Under the pieces are notes generated by a model. It saw only the letters and a program-made list of their open reading frames with translations, was not told the DNA's origin and did no database searches. Below are positions 27,895 to 37,159 of a DNA stretch of 64,000 bases, piece by piece. A program made the position numbers and the translations under genes. Numbering within the stretch: position 1 is the stretch's first letter; each line of letters begins with the position of its first letter. Source of the stretch: a virus (Duplodnaviria > Caudoviricetes); the IMG/VR virus record IMGVR_UViG_3300033076_001354, positions 1-64,000 of that record; one strand, written 5' to 3'.

Positions 27895-29066
27895 TGGCCG
27901 TCATGGACGTCTACATGATATACCAGTTCATCAGGAGACTGGTCACGCCGTTCACCGAGATGCCGGCTTACAGGGCTGGGATCATCGACAATCAGGGCAA
28001 GTTCTTGAAGCAGAGGGCTCAGTTCACACCGTCCGACGCCCAAGCCTGCACCTACTTCGACATCCTCGTAATCAACCTCAAGCGACTCATCGCTAAGATT
28101 CCCGGCGGGAAATCTAAGCTCGCTTCTTACGCGGCCGCTCTCCTTCTGACTAGGACCTATGAGTCTTATAAAAAGAACCCGACCGACGCCCTCTTCAACC
28201 TCGAAGAAGAGTTCTATAAAACATACGCCGAAGTTCAGAATCTCCATGAAGACGCGCCTATGAACTCAACAGCAGTGATTCCCGATAAGACGGTAGTCAG
28301 GCCGGCAGCTGTGCGTAGGTACAAGCTCGCGAATATGCTGGCTCAGAGGAAGCAGAAAAAAAAACTGAAGGAGGAGTCGACCCTTCAGTATCACTCGGAA
28401 CTCAACCCGAAGCTATGGCAAGACGGTAAGCTAAAGGAAGAGGTTCGCGGCAAGCTCCTGCAGATCGCGGAGACTTGGATGAAGTTCGCGAACATACCCG
28501 CCGAAGCGGTAGTCGACACGATCATCACGGGTGGAAACGTCAACTACAACTACACTCCTCTCTCAGACGTCGACCTTCATCTTGTCATATCTCGCGACTC
28601 GCTCAATCCAAACAGGGCGCTGATCGACGACTACCTACAAGACAAGAAGATCCTTTGGACTCTGTCGCACCAAGACATCAACATCTATGGGTATCCGGTC
28701 GAGCTGTACGCACAGGACGTAAATGAGCAGCCGCACGAGAACCAAGGCGTCTACTCGATTCAAAAGAATGAGTGGATCGCCATGCCTAGGAACTTAGGTA
28801 TCGACTTTGAATCGGATCACCACCTTCAAAAGAAGGTGCAGTTCTATAAAGACCTCATCGATAAGATGATCGCGCAGCAGGCGACCGACGGCACGTTCGA
28901 CATGCTCAAGCAGCGTATAAAGAGGATGCGCGGCGACTCGATCGCGAAGTCGGGTGAGTTCGCATTCGGCAACCTCGTGTTCAAGGAGCTTAGGAATCAG
29001 GGCTACTTGGATAAGATGGATATGTATCAGAAGTCAAACTTAGATAAGGCGCTGTCGCTGTCATGA
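27894..29066 (+). CDS. conserved T4-like N-terminal domain fused to a Pol-beta-type nucleotidyltransferase domain
   Basis: YQFIRRLVTPF...AY..GIID..G; ITGGNVNYNY...SDVDLH; PVELY; GNLVFKELR. Confidence 0.7.
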   Translation: MAVMDVYMIYQFIRRLVTPFTEMPAYRAGIIDNQGKFLKQRAQFTPSDAQACTYFDILVINLKRLIAKIPGGKSKLASYAAALLLTRTYESYKKNPTDALFNLEEEFYKTYAEVQNLHEDAPMNSTAVIPDKTVVRPAAVRRYKLANMLAQRKQKKKLKEESTLQYHSELNPKLWQDGKLKEEVRGKLLQIAETWMKFANIPAEAVVDTIITGGNVNYNYTPLSDVDLHLVISRDSLNPNRALIDDYLQDKKILWTLSHQDINIYGYPVELYAQDVNEQPHENQGVYSIQKNEWIAMPRNLGIDFESDHHLQKKVQFYKDLIDKMIAQQATDGTFDMLKQRIKRMRGDSIAKSGEFAFGNLVFKELRNQGYLDKMDMYQKSNLDKALSLS

Positions 29067-29440
29067 TTAGATTAGTTCTAGGACTATTCACGGGAGGATC
29101 ATCGCTTCCATGGATCATAGGCGGTGTAGTCGCTCTCGTCGTAGCTTTCGGCGGGTGGCTCGCTTATCACGATCACACGATCTGGAACAAGGCGATGGAG
29201 ACTTTCAACCAGAAGCAGGAAGCTCTGGTCGAAGAGAAGAAGCAAGAATTCGAGAAAAAGACTGGTCAGATAAACGACACGGCCGAGAGGATTCGCGCGG
29301 CGATCGCCGAGCAGCAGAAGAATGAGAGCGCCACGGCTGCGACTATAATCAAGAACACCGAGGGCGGAACCGGTCAGGCGTCTCCCTACTTAAAGAACAT
29401 CGTCAAGCAGCTGCAACAGACTTATGGAGAGAACAAGTGA
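29063..29440 (+). CDS. putative i-spanin (Rz-like)
   Basis: N-terminal TM helix plus coiled coil; overlaps a lipoprotein gene. Confidence 0.6.
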   Translation: MIRLVLGLFTGGSSLPWIIGGVVALVVAFGGWLAYHDHTIWNKAMETFNQKQEALVEEKKQEFEKKTGQINDTAERIRAAIAEQQKNESATAATIIKNTEGGTGQASPYLKNIVKQLQQTYGENK

Positions 29441-29709
29441 AGAAGTTACTGTTGCTTTCGTGTTTTCTTCTGGCCGGCTGCGCGTCTGAGCTCAAGCTCA
29501 TAGCACCCGAATACAAGATAGTCAAAGCACCGGATGAGCTTTACAGCTGTCCGGTCGAGAAGAAGTTTCCAAAGCCGGATACTTTGACAGAAAGACAGGT
29601 CGGTGTACTTTTGTTGAAACTTCAGCGAAACAACCTGACCTGCAAGAACTCCATAGAAGCCGTTAAAAAGTTCTACGACGAAGCCGAAAAGACAGTAAAC
29701 GAAAAATAA
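29437..29709 (+). CDS. putative o-spanin lipoprotein (Rz1-like)
   Basis: LAGC lipobox, Pro-rich, paired Cys. Confidence 0.65.
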   Translation: MKKLLLLSCFLLAGCASELKLIAPEYKIVKAPDELYSCPVEKKFPKPDTLTERQVGVLLLKLQRNNLTCKNSIEAVKKFYDEAEKTVNEK

Positions 29710-29712
29710 CGG

Positions 29713-29740
29713 TTGACATTTGCGTCAGCCGTTGTATAAT
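29713..29740 (+). promoter_or_regulatory. sigma70-type promoter
   Basis: TTGACA-16-TATAAT before the primase gene. Confidence 0.75.
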
Positions 29741-29770
29741 AGTCTTACTGTTCAATAAAAGGTTTAGTCA

Positions 29771-30805
29771 ATGAATTCACTTTGGATCGATCAAAAGTAC
29801 GCTTCTCTTATTGGACTACAGCTTGAGCAGTTCAAAGTAGTTAAGAGTAAGCCGTACAACGCCAAGTTCAGGTGCAACGTCTGCGGCGATAGCCAGACAA
29901 ACAAGCACAAGACCCGAGGTCACTTCTACGAGAAGAACGACCACATCAACTTCAAGTGCTTCAACTGCGGGTTCAGCACCTCCCTCTCCAAGTACATAAA
30001 GACCTACAACCCGTCGCTCTACTCCGAGTACAGGATGGAGATGATGCGGGAAAGCGGGCAGGAACCCGTAAAGTTCGAGCCGGATATATCGAAGTTCTCC
30101 CAGCGTCGCGTAGATAAGTTCGACCCCATGAAGGAGCTGAAGAAAGTATCACAGCTCTCCCCGAACCACCCCGCAAAAAAATACGTTGTGAACAGGAATA
30201 TACCTTCGAGTCAGCACTTTAGAATCTACTACGCTGATATATACTACACGTGGGTAAACTCGATAGTTCCCGATAAGTTCAGTGAGAAGGCGATCAAAGC
30301 GGATGAGCCTAGGATCGTTCTTCCTTTCATTGACTTCAACGGGTATGTGTTTGGGTTTACCGGCCGTGCATTAAATCCCAATTCAAAAGTCAGGTACGCG
30401 ACCATAATGCTGGACGACAGCAGGCCGAAGCTATTCGGTATGGATGCCGTTGATAAGACGAAGAGGGTATACGTCGTGGAGGGTCCGATCGACAGTATGT
30501 TTCTAACAAACTGCGCTGCGATGGCCGGCTCCGACGCCGACCTCACTCCGCTTGGCGACCCTAGGAACGTGACCGTGGTCTACGACAACGAGCCGCGGAG
30601 CAAAGAAATAGTGAAGAAGATGCACCGAGCCATAGACCAAGGATACGGAGTCTGCTTCTGGCCCGATCACATAGATCAGAAAGACGTGAACGACATGGTC
30701 AACCGCATGGGTCTCGACGGTCCATCGATACAGGCGATCATTGACCAAAACACCCTAAGCGGTCTCTCCGCAAAGATGAGACTCTCGACATGGAGCAGGG
30801 CATGA
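29771..30805 (+). CDS. gp61: DNA primase (T4 gp61)
   Basis: FRCNVCGDS..CFNCG zinc finger; VVEGPIDS; YDNEPR; KDVND. Confidence 0.95.
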   Translation: MNSLWIDQKYASLIGLQLEQFKVVKSKPYNAKFRCNVCGDSQTNKHKTRGHFYEKNDHINFKCFNCGFSTSLSKYIKTYNPSLYSEYRMEMMRESGQEPVKFEPDISKFSQRRVDKFDPMKELKKVSQLSPNHPAKKYVVNRNIPSSQHFRIYYADIYYTWVNSIVPDKFSEKAIKADEPRIVLPFIDFNGYVFGFTGRALNPNSKVRYATIMLDDSRPKLFGMDAVDKTKRVYVVEGPIDSMFLTNCAAMAGSDADLTPLGDPRNVTVVYDNEPRSKEIVKKMHRAIDQGYGVCFWPDHIDQKDVNDMVNRMGLDGPSIQAIIDQNTLSGLSAKMRLSTWSRA

Positions 30806-31017
30806 TACCACGCGACAAGGCAGTTTCCGAAAGGTACTTCACGAACTACTACACAACATACGTAAAGTATGACTCTGAAGTGGATGAATACTACTTAGAA
30901 GTTCCATCGACGGCGCTCTTCCACCTAGGTTGGCAAGAGGGCGATGAGATTGAATTCACTATCAACGAGCACTCAAAGAATATAATTGTATCAAAGAAAG
31001 AGAAAAAGAATGTCTAA
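30802..31017 (+). CDS. AbrB-like small protein
   Basis: EYYLEVP....LGWQEGDEIEF. Confidence 0.6.
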   Translation: MIPRDKAVSERYFTNYYTTYVKYDSEVDEYYLEVPSTALFHLGWQEGDEIEFTINEHSKNIIVSKKEKKNV

Positions 31018-32938
31018 CTTCCTTCCAACCCTTTACCAAGAATTCATCTACAAGAGCCGCTACGCCAAGTTCCTCGATAAAGAGGGTCGCCGCGAGAACT
31101 GGAACGAGACGGTCGGTCGCTACTTCGACTATATGGAGAAGCACCTTAAGGACAACAACGGATACACCTTGGCGAAGGAAGACAGGAAAGAACTCGAAGA
31201 CGCCGTTCTTGACCTTGAGATCATGCCGTCGATGCGTGCGTTGATGACCGCGGGTCCGGCACTGGATCGCGACAACACCTGCGCGTACAACTGCTCATAC
31301 GTCGCGGTCGATGATCCAAAGGCTTTCGACGAGGCTCTTCTCATCCTCATGAACGGCACCGGAGTAGGCTTCTCGGTCGAGCGTCAGTACGTCAACAAGC
31401 TTCCTGAGATCCCTGAGAAGATGTTCGACTCAGACACCACCATCATCGTCAAGGACTCAAAAGAGGGTTGGGCGAAGGGCTATCGCCAGTTGGTGGCGCT
31501 TCTCTATACCGGTGAAGTTCCTAAGTGGGACCTCTCGATGCTTCGTCCAGCCGGCGCTCGGTTGAAGACATTTGGCGGCCGCTCATCCGGTCCCGGTCCG
31601 CTCGACGACTTGTTCAAGTTCACAGTGAAGATGTTCCGTCAGGCTGCAGGTCGCAAGCTCAACTCACTCGAGTGCCACGACATCATGTGTAAGATCGGTG
31701 AAGTCGTTGTCGTCGGCGGCGTTCGTCGCTCGGCCATGATCTCGCTCTCGAACCTAACCGACGAGCGCATGCGCGGTGCGAAGAATGGTTCGTGGTGGGA
31801 GAACAACCCACAGCGCGCTTTGTCTAACAACTCGGCCGCTTACACCGAGAAGCCTGAGATGGGTACTTTCATGCGTGAGTGGCTTTCGCTCTATGACTCA
31901 AAGTCGGGTGAGCGCGGCATCTTCTCACGCGTCGCGTCTAAGAACCAAGCGGCTAAGAACGGCCGTCGCGACCCCAACTTCGACTTCGGCACAAACCCAT
32001 GCTCAGAGATCATCCTTCGTCCAAACCAGTTCTGCAACCTAACCGAAGTCGTGGTTCGCTCGACCGACGATGCCAAGAGTCTCGCTCGTAAAGTCAGGCT
32101 CGCGGCTCGACTCGGCACAATCCAATCGACGTTGACGAAGTTCCCGTACCTCCGCAAGTCGTGGGCCACCAACACCGAGGAAGAGCGTTTGCTCGGTGTA
32201 TCGCTAACTGGCATCATGGACAGCACACTCATGAATGGTCGTCAGGGTGAAGACAAGCTCGTGGCCACCCTCGGTTCACTCCGTGAAGCTGCGGTTGAAG
32301 CGAACAAGGAGCTATCTGCACTCATTGGAATCCAGCAGTCGACCGCAGTGACATGCGTCAAGCCGTCGGGCACCGTGTCTCAGCTCGTCGACTCCGCTTC
32401 AGGCATCCATGCCCGTCACTCACAGTACTACATCCGTACGGTGCGCGGCGACAACAAAGACCCGCTGACGAAGCTCATGAAGGACATGGGATTCCCGAAT
32501 GAACCCGACGTCATGAAGCCCGACTCGACCACTGTGTTCTCATTCCCACAGAAGTCGCCGGAAGGTGCGGTGACTCGTGAAGAGATGTCGGCCATCGACC
32601 AGCTCAACATGTGGATGATCTATCAGGATCACTGGTGCGAGCACAAGCCGTCGGTCACCATCTCCGTGCGTGAAGACGAGTGGATGGAAGTTGGTGCTTT
32701 CGTCTACGAACACTTCGATAAGATCTCCGGCATCTCATTCTTGCCGCATAGCGATCACGTCTATCGCCAAGCTCCGTACCAAGACTGTGGTAAGTCTGAC
32801 TATGACATGCTCGCTTCGGTCATGCCGAAGGAGATTGACTGGTCAGAATTGTCTAAATACGAGCAAGAAGACAATACGAAGGGTTCACAGACGTTGGCCT
32901 GCGCGGCAGATGGATGTGAGATCGTCGACTTAAACTAA
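31010..32938 (+). CDS. nrdJ: class II (B12-dependent) ribonucleotide reductase
   Basis: PSMRA, YNCS, GTGVGFS, TNPCSEI, TCVKPSGT, C-terminal AC..DGCE. Confidence 0.95.
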   Translation: MSNFLPTLYQEFIYKSRYAKFLDKEGRRENWNETVGRYFDYMEKHLKDNNGYTLAKEDRKELEDAVLDLEIMPSMRALMTAGPALDRDNTCAYNCSYVAVDDPKAFDEALLILMNGTGVGFSVERQYVNKLPEIPEKMFDSDTTIIVKDSKEGWAKGYRQLVALLYTGEVPKWDLSMLRPAGARLKTFGGRSSGPGPLDDLFKFTVKMFRQAAGRKLNSLECHDIMCKIGEVVVVGGVRRSAMISLSNLTDERMRGAKNGSWWENNPQRALSNNSAAYTEKPEMGTFMREWLSLYDSKSGERGIFSRVASKNQAAKNGRRDPNFDFGTNPCSEIILRPNQFCNLTEVVVRSTDDAKSLARKVRLAARLGTIQSTLTKFPYLRKSWATNTEEERLLGVSLTGIMDSTLMNGRQGEDKLVATLGSLREAAVEANKELSALIGIQQSTAVTCVKPSGTVSQLVDSASGIHARHSQYYIRTVRGDNKDPLTKLMKDMGFPNEPDVMKPDSTTVFSFPQKSPEGAVTREEMSAIDQLNMWMIYQDHWCEHKPSVTISVREDEWMEVGAFVYEHFDKISGISFLPHSDHVYRQAPYQDCGKSDYDMLASVMPKEIDWSELSKYEQEDNTKGSQTLACAADGCEIVDLN

Positions 32939-32948
32939 GGAAAAAAAG

Positions 32949-33761
32949 ATGGCTTCTTATGAAAACATGACGATCGTCCAGTATGATCGCGGAAACATGG
33001 GTGAGTTCGTTTGTCTCGCCATGCATAAAAAGATCTTTGGCGAAGACATGTTTACTGAGAAGCGGCAGAGTGACTTGGGTTGGTACTTCATGAACATAGA
33101 CGGGTCGCTCGACTGCCTGCTCTATGACTATCATCGGCCTTTTGTTGAGTCTGTAAAACTTCAGAAGATAGTGCTTGGGTCCTGCGCGTATGAATCAATT
33201 CTCGACGGAGACTTCGAAGAAGCGCGCAGGAACATGCACGCGATGATCAACTATAGAAAGATCAATCCAAATACTCCACCAGAAAAAATTGACATCGTAG
33301 AACTACCTGCCCCAGATTATTCATATGATCCAACACAGAAAGTTTTGACCAGAATCCACAACTTCGACAACATCGACATCGCGTCCGTTTTTCCTGGCGC
33401 TGAGATCATCAACATCTACTGTCCTCCTGAAAAACGTTGGATATTCAAGTTCTTATACTTATATAAGAAACATCAAGATTCAACTAGAACAATAAATGAA
33501 AGATTCAATCTTGGTATAGAAGAATTTTGGAACTTCAACTGGATAAGAAATCTCGAGCCGAAAGACGGACTAACAAACGTCAACTGCTACGAAGTCTTTC
33601 TTGGAAACTCAATCGGCTTTGGATCTGAGTACACAGCGATCTTTGGTGAGAATTTTGAAAACAACAAATCTATGCTCGATAGATATAATTTAGATTATAC
33701 GAGAAACAATGTTTCAAGTGATGAGCTTCTTTCTGTAGTTAGAAGCGTTTATGGTGAATAG
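32949..33761 (+). CDS. P-loop/sulfotransferase-like uncharacterised family, paralog 6 (divergent)
   Basis: YDRGNMGEFV, RIHN, FENNKSML. Confidence 0.45.
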   Translation: MASYENMTIVQYDRGNMGEFVCLAMHKKIFGEDMFTEKRQSDLGWYFMNIDGSLDCLLYDYHRPFVESVKLQKIVLGSCAYESILDGDFEEARRNMHAMINYRKINPNTPPEKIDIVELPAPDYSYDPTQKVLTRIHNFDNIDIASVFPGAEIINIYCPPEKRWIFKFLYLYKKHQDSTRTINERFNLGIEEFWNFNWIRNLEPKDGLTNVNCYEVFLGNSIGFGSEYTAIFGENFENNKSMLDRYNLDYTRNNVSSDELLSVVRSVYGE

Positions 33762-33781
33762 TAAATCAAAGGAACACTTCA

Positions 33782-34060
33782 ATGGACATCAACAACATCG
33801 TCACGATCCTTTCCGAGCTCATCAAGGATGAGGGAACGCGCAAAGAGATCTACACCAGAATCTTAGAAGAATCCGATGAGTATGACCTCGAAGACGTTGA
33901 GCTTGGCATCGACGACGCTTTCGATGAAGTGTATGAAGAGTACGCCGAGGAAGAAGAGGAAGACGAGTTCGAAGAAGACGAAGACTACGAGGACGACGAC
34001 GAAGACGAGTCGTCTGAGTGGGACGACTTCGACAGCTCCGATGAATCTGGGGACGAATGA
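33782..34060 (+). CDS. highly acidic protein
   Basis: About half of the 92 residues are Asp/Glu. Confidence 0.75.
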   Translation: MDINNIVTILSELIKDEGTRKEIYTRILEESDEYDLEDVELGIDDAFDEVYEEYAEEEEEDEFEEDEDYEDDDEDESSEWDDFDSSDESGDE

Positions 34061-34614
34061 GAGTAGTAGGCATCGACTACAGCCTGAGTTCGCCCTGCGT
34101 ATGTGTGTTCGACGGTGACGAGTTTTCTTACGACAACTGCAGGTTCTACTACCTGACGAATAATAAGAAGCACGACGTAGACAGAGATAATATACAGGGC
34201 GACCTGCACGAAGACTACCTGTCGAACGAGCAGAGGTACTTCAATATAACTGATTGGGTATTGACAAAGCTCGATGAGTGTGATACTGTATACATTGAGG
34301 GATACTCAATGGGATCTACGGGAATGGTGTTCAACATCGCTGAGAACGCCGGACTATTGAAGCACTACCTATGGAAAGAAAACCATTCTTATCACGTCGT
34401 CCCACCGACCGTGATAAAGAAGTTCGCCACCGGCAAGGGCAACGCGAACAAAGAGAGACTCCAAGAATGCTTTATAGCAGAGACTGGGGTCGACATAAAG
34501 AAGATGCTGGACATGACTGAGAAGCAGTGGAACCCATCATCCGACATCATAGACGCCTACTACATCTGTAAATATGGTTATACACAGGAGACTGAAAATG
34601 TGGAATGCAGTTAA
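34057..34614 (+). CDS. RuvC-like nuclease/resolvase
   Basis: GIDYSL, IEGYS, PTVIKKFATGKGNANK, DIIDAY. Confidence 0.8.
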   Translation: MRVVGIDYSLSSPCVCVFDGDEFSYDNCRFYYLTNNKKHDVDRDNIQGDLHEDYLSNEQRYFNITDWVLTKLDECDTVYIEGYSMGSTGMVFNIAENAGLLKHYLWKENHSYHVVPPTVIKKFATGKGNANKERLQECFIAETGVDIKKMLDMTEKQWNPSSDIIDAYYICKYGYTQETENVECS

Positions 34615-34795
34615 GAACTTCTTTGCTTTCTTCTTCTCGCCGGAAGAAATAAACAAGGTTGAGGCTAAAGTCGAAGAAGAAGTAAAGACAGTTAAGCGCA
34701 AAGTAAAAGAGAAGCTCGACGTAAACAAAGATGGAAACATCAACGTTGAAGACGTTAAAGAAGTTGTCAAGAAAGCTACGCGGAAGAAGAAGTGA
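34598..34795 (+). CDS. small protein with EF-hand-like loop
   Basis: LDVNKDGNINVEDVK. Confidence 0.6.
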   Translation: MWNAVKNFFAFFFSPEEINKVEAKVEEEVKTVKRKVKEKLDVNKDGNINVEDVKEVVKKATRKKK

Positions 34796-35004
34796 CAACC
34801 AAGAGCGGCATACAGGTATTCCTCGACGGCAACCTTCCGGTGATCGTCGGGGAGTGCCCGAATTGCAGGAACGGCGACAGGGGCTTGGTGCTCGTCGACT
34901 ACGTTCACAACCCAGTCAATGAACACAGAAGCACAGTCTACATGAAGTGTATCGCGTGCTTATCCGTGTATCAAACAAACATAGACGATGTTGCAGAGGA
35001 ATAA
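34792..35004 (+). CDS. zinc-ribbon protein
   Basis: CPNC...CIAC. Confidence 0.6.
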   Translation: MTTKSGIQVFLDGNLPVIVGECPNCRNGDRGLVLVDYVHNPVNEHRSTVYMKCIACLSVYQTNIDDVAEE

Positions 35005-35007
35005 ATC

Positions 35008-35286
35008 ATGGGTAAGAAGGCGAAAAGAAAGGCGTACACATCGAGGGGTGGTCCGCCGAGTGTCAATAAAAAAACACTGAAGGCGATGCGCTCCGACAGG
35101 ACCGAAGCCGACGCGATGATCGATAAGCTTAAAGTCTGGTCGCGCGGAAAGAAAGTCATGGTGACGATTCCCAATCCAAACAAGAATGAAACCAACAAGA
35201 GGTTCATTCGCGTCGAGGGAACACACAGCGCGGCGTTCGGGCCGTGGAAGCGCGAAGAGAGAGACAAGAGACCGACAAATGATTGA
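35008..35286 (+). CDS. conserved basic hypothetical protein
   Basis: W.RGK.V.VTIPNPNK.ETNKRFIRV. Confidence 0.65.
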   Translation: MGKKAKRKAYTSRGGPPSVNKKTLKAMRSDRTEADAMIDKLKVWSRGKKVMVTIPNPNKNETNKRFIRVEGTHSAAFGPWKREERDKRPTND

Positions 35287-35527
35287 CGTCTACGGAAGGG
35301 AGGGCTGCAGCTACTGCACCCTCGCACAGAAGCTTCTCGAAGAGAGAAAGATCCCATACAACTACATCCAGCTCGGCGTTGACATAACGGTGCCGGAGTT
35401 TCAAGAGAAGTTTCCTGGTCAGAAGACCGTGCCGGTAGTAGTAGCACATGGAATGAAGGTCGGTGGATACACGGATTTAGTTGGTTACCTTGAAGAAACA
35501 AGCGGTGGATACGCAGATGACATCTAA
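35279..35527 (+). CDS. glutaredoxin
   Basis: CSYC, TVP, VGGY.DL. Confidence 0.9.
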   Translation: MIDVYGREGCSYCTLAQKLLEERKIPYNYIQLGVDITVPEFQEKFPGQKTVPVVVAHGMKVGGYTDLVGYLEETSGGYADDI

Positions 35528-35768
35528 GCAAGAGATTATGCAGGCTCTCAACGAGCGCGTGGTGACGGTAAAGTTTAAGAAGGTAAACGGTGAGGAGAGA
35601 GTCATGAAGTGCACGCTCCTCAGCTCAATCGTTCCTCAGATACACAATACACAGGACAGGATTGAGAAAGAACGCAAGGAGAACCCCGACGTAGTGGCGG
35701 CTTGGGACGTAGAGAAGAACGGCTGGCGATCTTTCAGGGTCGACTCGATTTTAGAAATAAATAAATAA
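35517..35768 (+). CDS. SH3/WYL-like beta-barrel phage protein
   Basis: V.F.K.NGE.R.M.CTL...WDVEK.GWRSFR.D. Confidence 0.75.
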   Translation: MTSKQEIMQALNERVVTVKFKKVNGEERVMKCTLLSSIVPQIHNTQDRIEKERKENPDVVAAWDVEKNGWRSFRVDSILEINK

Positions 35769-35872
35769 TCTGTAATGGAATTGACAGTCGCGTAGCACTG
35801 TATGTCAATATATTGACAATAGAAAAAAAACTTTTTTTGATATATAAAACAAGAACAAAAAAAGAGAGTGCG

Positions 35873-36208
35873 ATGCCCGACTTCATTTCAACGCCCCTGA
35901 TGGCGAAACTATTATCAGGTCTCGGTGGTCTAATTGGTGGAGCAGCTTTCATGGCTTTCTACAGACCGAGAAATGTATGGGACGCGGCCATACGCTCCGG
36001 ATTAAGCGTGACATCGGCCATTGTTTTTTCTCCTCTGATCATCGATCACTTTCAAATCACAAACACCATGGATAACCAAGTCGCCCTGTCAGTGGGCCTT
36101 GGCTTCGCTTCTTGGAGCGTGCTCTCGCTGGTGGCTAGATTCTTGATCAAGATCCAAGACGAGAAAGTCAACATAAAGCTTCCCAGCATTCTCGAACAAA
36201 CAAAGTAG
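35873..36208 (+). CDS. membrane protein with three TM helices, possible holin
   Basis: Three hydrophobic segments and a charged C-terminus. Confidence 0.5.
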   Translation: MPDFISTPLMAKLLSGLGGLIGGAAFMAFYRPRNVWDAAIRSGLSVTSAIVFSPLIIDHFQITNTMDNQVALSVGLGFASWSVLSLVARFLIKIQDEKVNIKLPSILEQTK

Positions 36209-36226
36209 CAAATACAGGATTTTATT

Positions 36227-37159
36227 ATGAAAGAAGTGAATGAGTTAAACGTGAACGCTAGGGGTGGTACGGAGCTCATGCAGGAACGCCTGCATGGCAC
36301 TTTGTCGGCTGAGCTCCTCAGCAAGTTTCAGATCATCCCTTCACGTGTTCGTGAGATCGATCCAGACAAGAAAGCCATCCTCTGGCTTCACGACCTACCC
36401 AACGATCCTGAGTCCCAGCACCTCAAAGACCCTGAGTCAAGGAAGCGATTCTCAAAGATCGTCGCGGTATCCAACTGGCAGATGCAGTTGTACAACCTGA
36501 TCCTAGGCGTTCCATACAGCGAGTGCACCGTCATCAGGAACGGCATCACACCGATAGACATCGAGGAGAAAGAATTCGATGGCACTGTGCGGCTCATCTA
36601 TCACACCACACCTCACCGAGGACTTGAGATCCTCGTTCCAGTTTTTGAGAAGCTGTGCGAAATCCATGACAACATCGTACTGGACGTGTTCTCAAGCTTT
36701 AGCATATACGGCTGGAGCCAGCGTGATGCTCCCTATGAACACCTTTTTGAACGCTGTAGAAATCACCCAAAGATTAACTACCATGGAGCCGTCTCTAATG
36801 AACGCATTAGAGAGGAGCTCAAGCGATCTCACATCTTCGCTTATCCAAGCATTTGGCCCGAAACATCCTGTCTCGCAGCTATTGAGGCGATGAGCGCGAA
36901 GAACTTGGTGGTCTGCCCGAACTACGCGGCCCTGCCTGAGACGACCGCCGCGATCTCACCCATGTACCAATGGAACGAGAATCCGAACGACCACGCGCAG
37001 ATGTTCTTCAACGTGCTCGACAATACCATCAACAACATAAAACAAAACGGCCCAGACGAGAACCGTCTGGGCTTTCAGAAAGCTTATGTAGACAGCACGT
37101 TCAACTGGGAACACAATGTCTCGAAGCAGTGGGAGCACATGCTCAGGCAGCTTGCCTGA
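36227..37159 (+). CDS. GT-B glycosyltransferase (GT4-like)
   Basis: GGTE, LWLHD, HRGL, YPS..PETSCLAAIEA (EX7E). Confidence 0.9.
   Translation: MKEVNELNVNARGGTELMQERLHGTLSAELLSKFQIIPSRVREIDPDKKAILWLHDLPNDPESQHLKDPESRKRFSKIVAVSNWQMQLYNLILGVPYSECTVIRNGITPIDIEEKEFDGTVRLIYHTTPHRGLEILVPVFEKLCEIHDNIVLDVFSSFSIYGWSQRDAPYEHLFERCRNHPKINYHGAVSNERIREELKRSHIFAYPSIWPETSCLAAIEAMSAKNLVVCPNYAALPETTAAISPMYQWNENPNDHAQMFFNVLDNTINNIKQNGPDENRLGFQKAYVDSTFNWEHNVSKQWEHMLRQLA

Noticed and set aside
27588-28247. Long antisense ORFs (also 15767-16300, 48104-48661, 10705-11238)
   Set aside because: Shadows of well-supported genes on the other strand, with no motifs or RBS
31010-32938. Intron or intein in nrdJ (also checked primase, thyX, phoH)
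   Set aside because: Continuous frames of normal length with no intein or homing-endonuclease motifs
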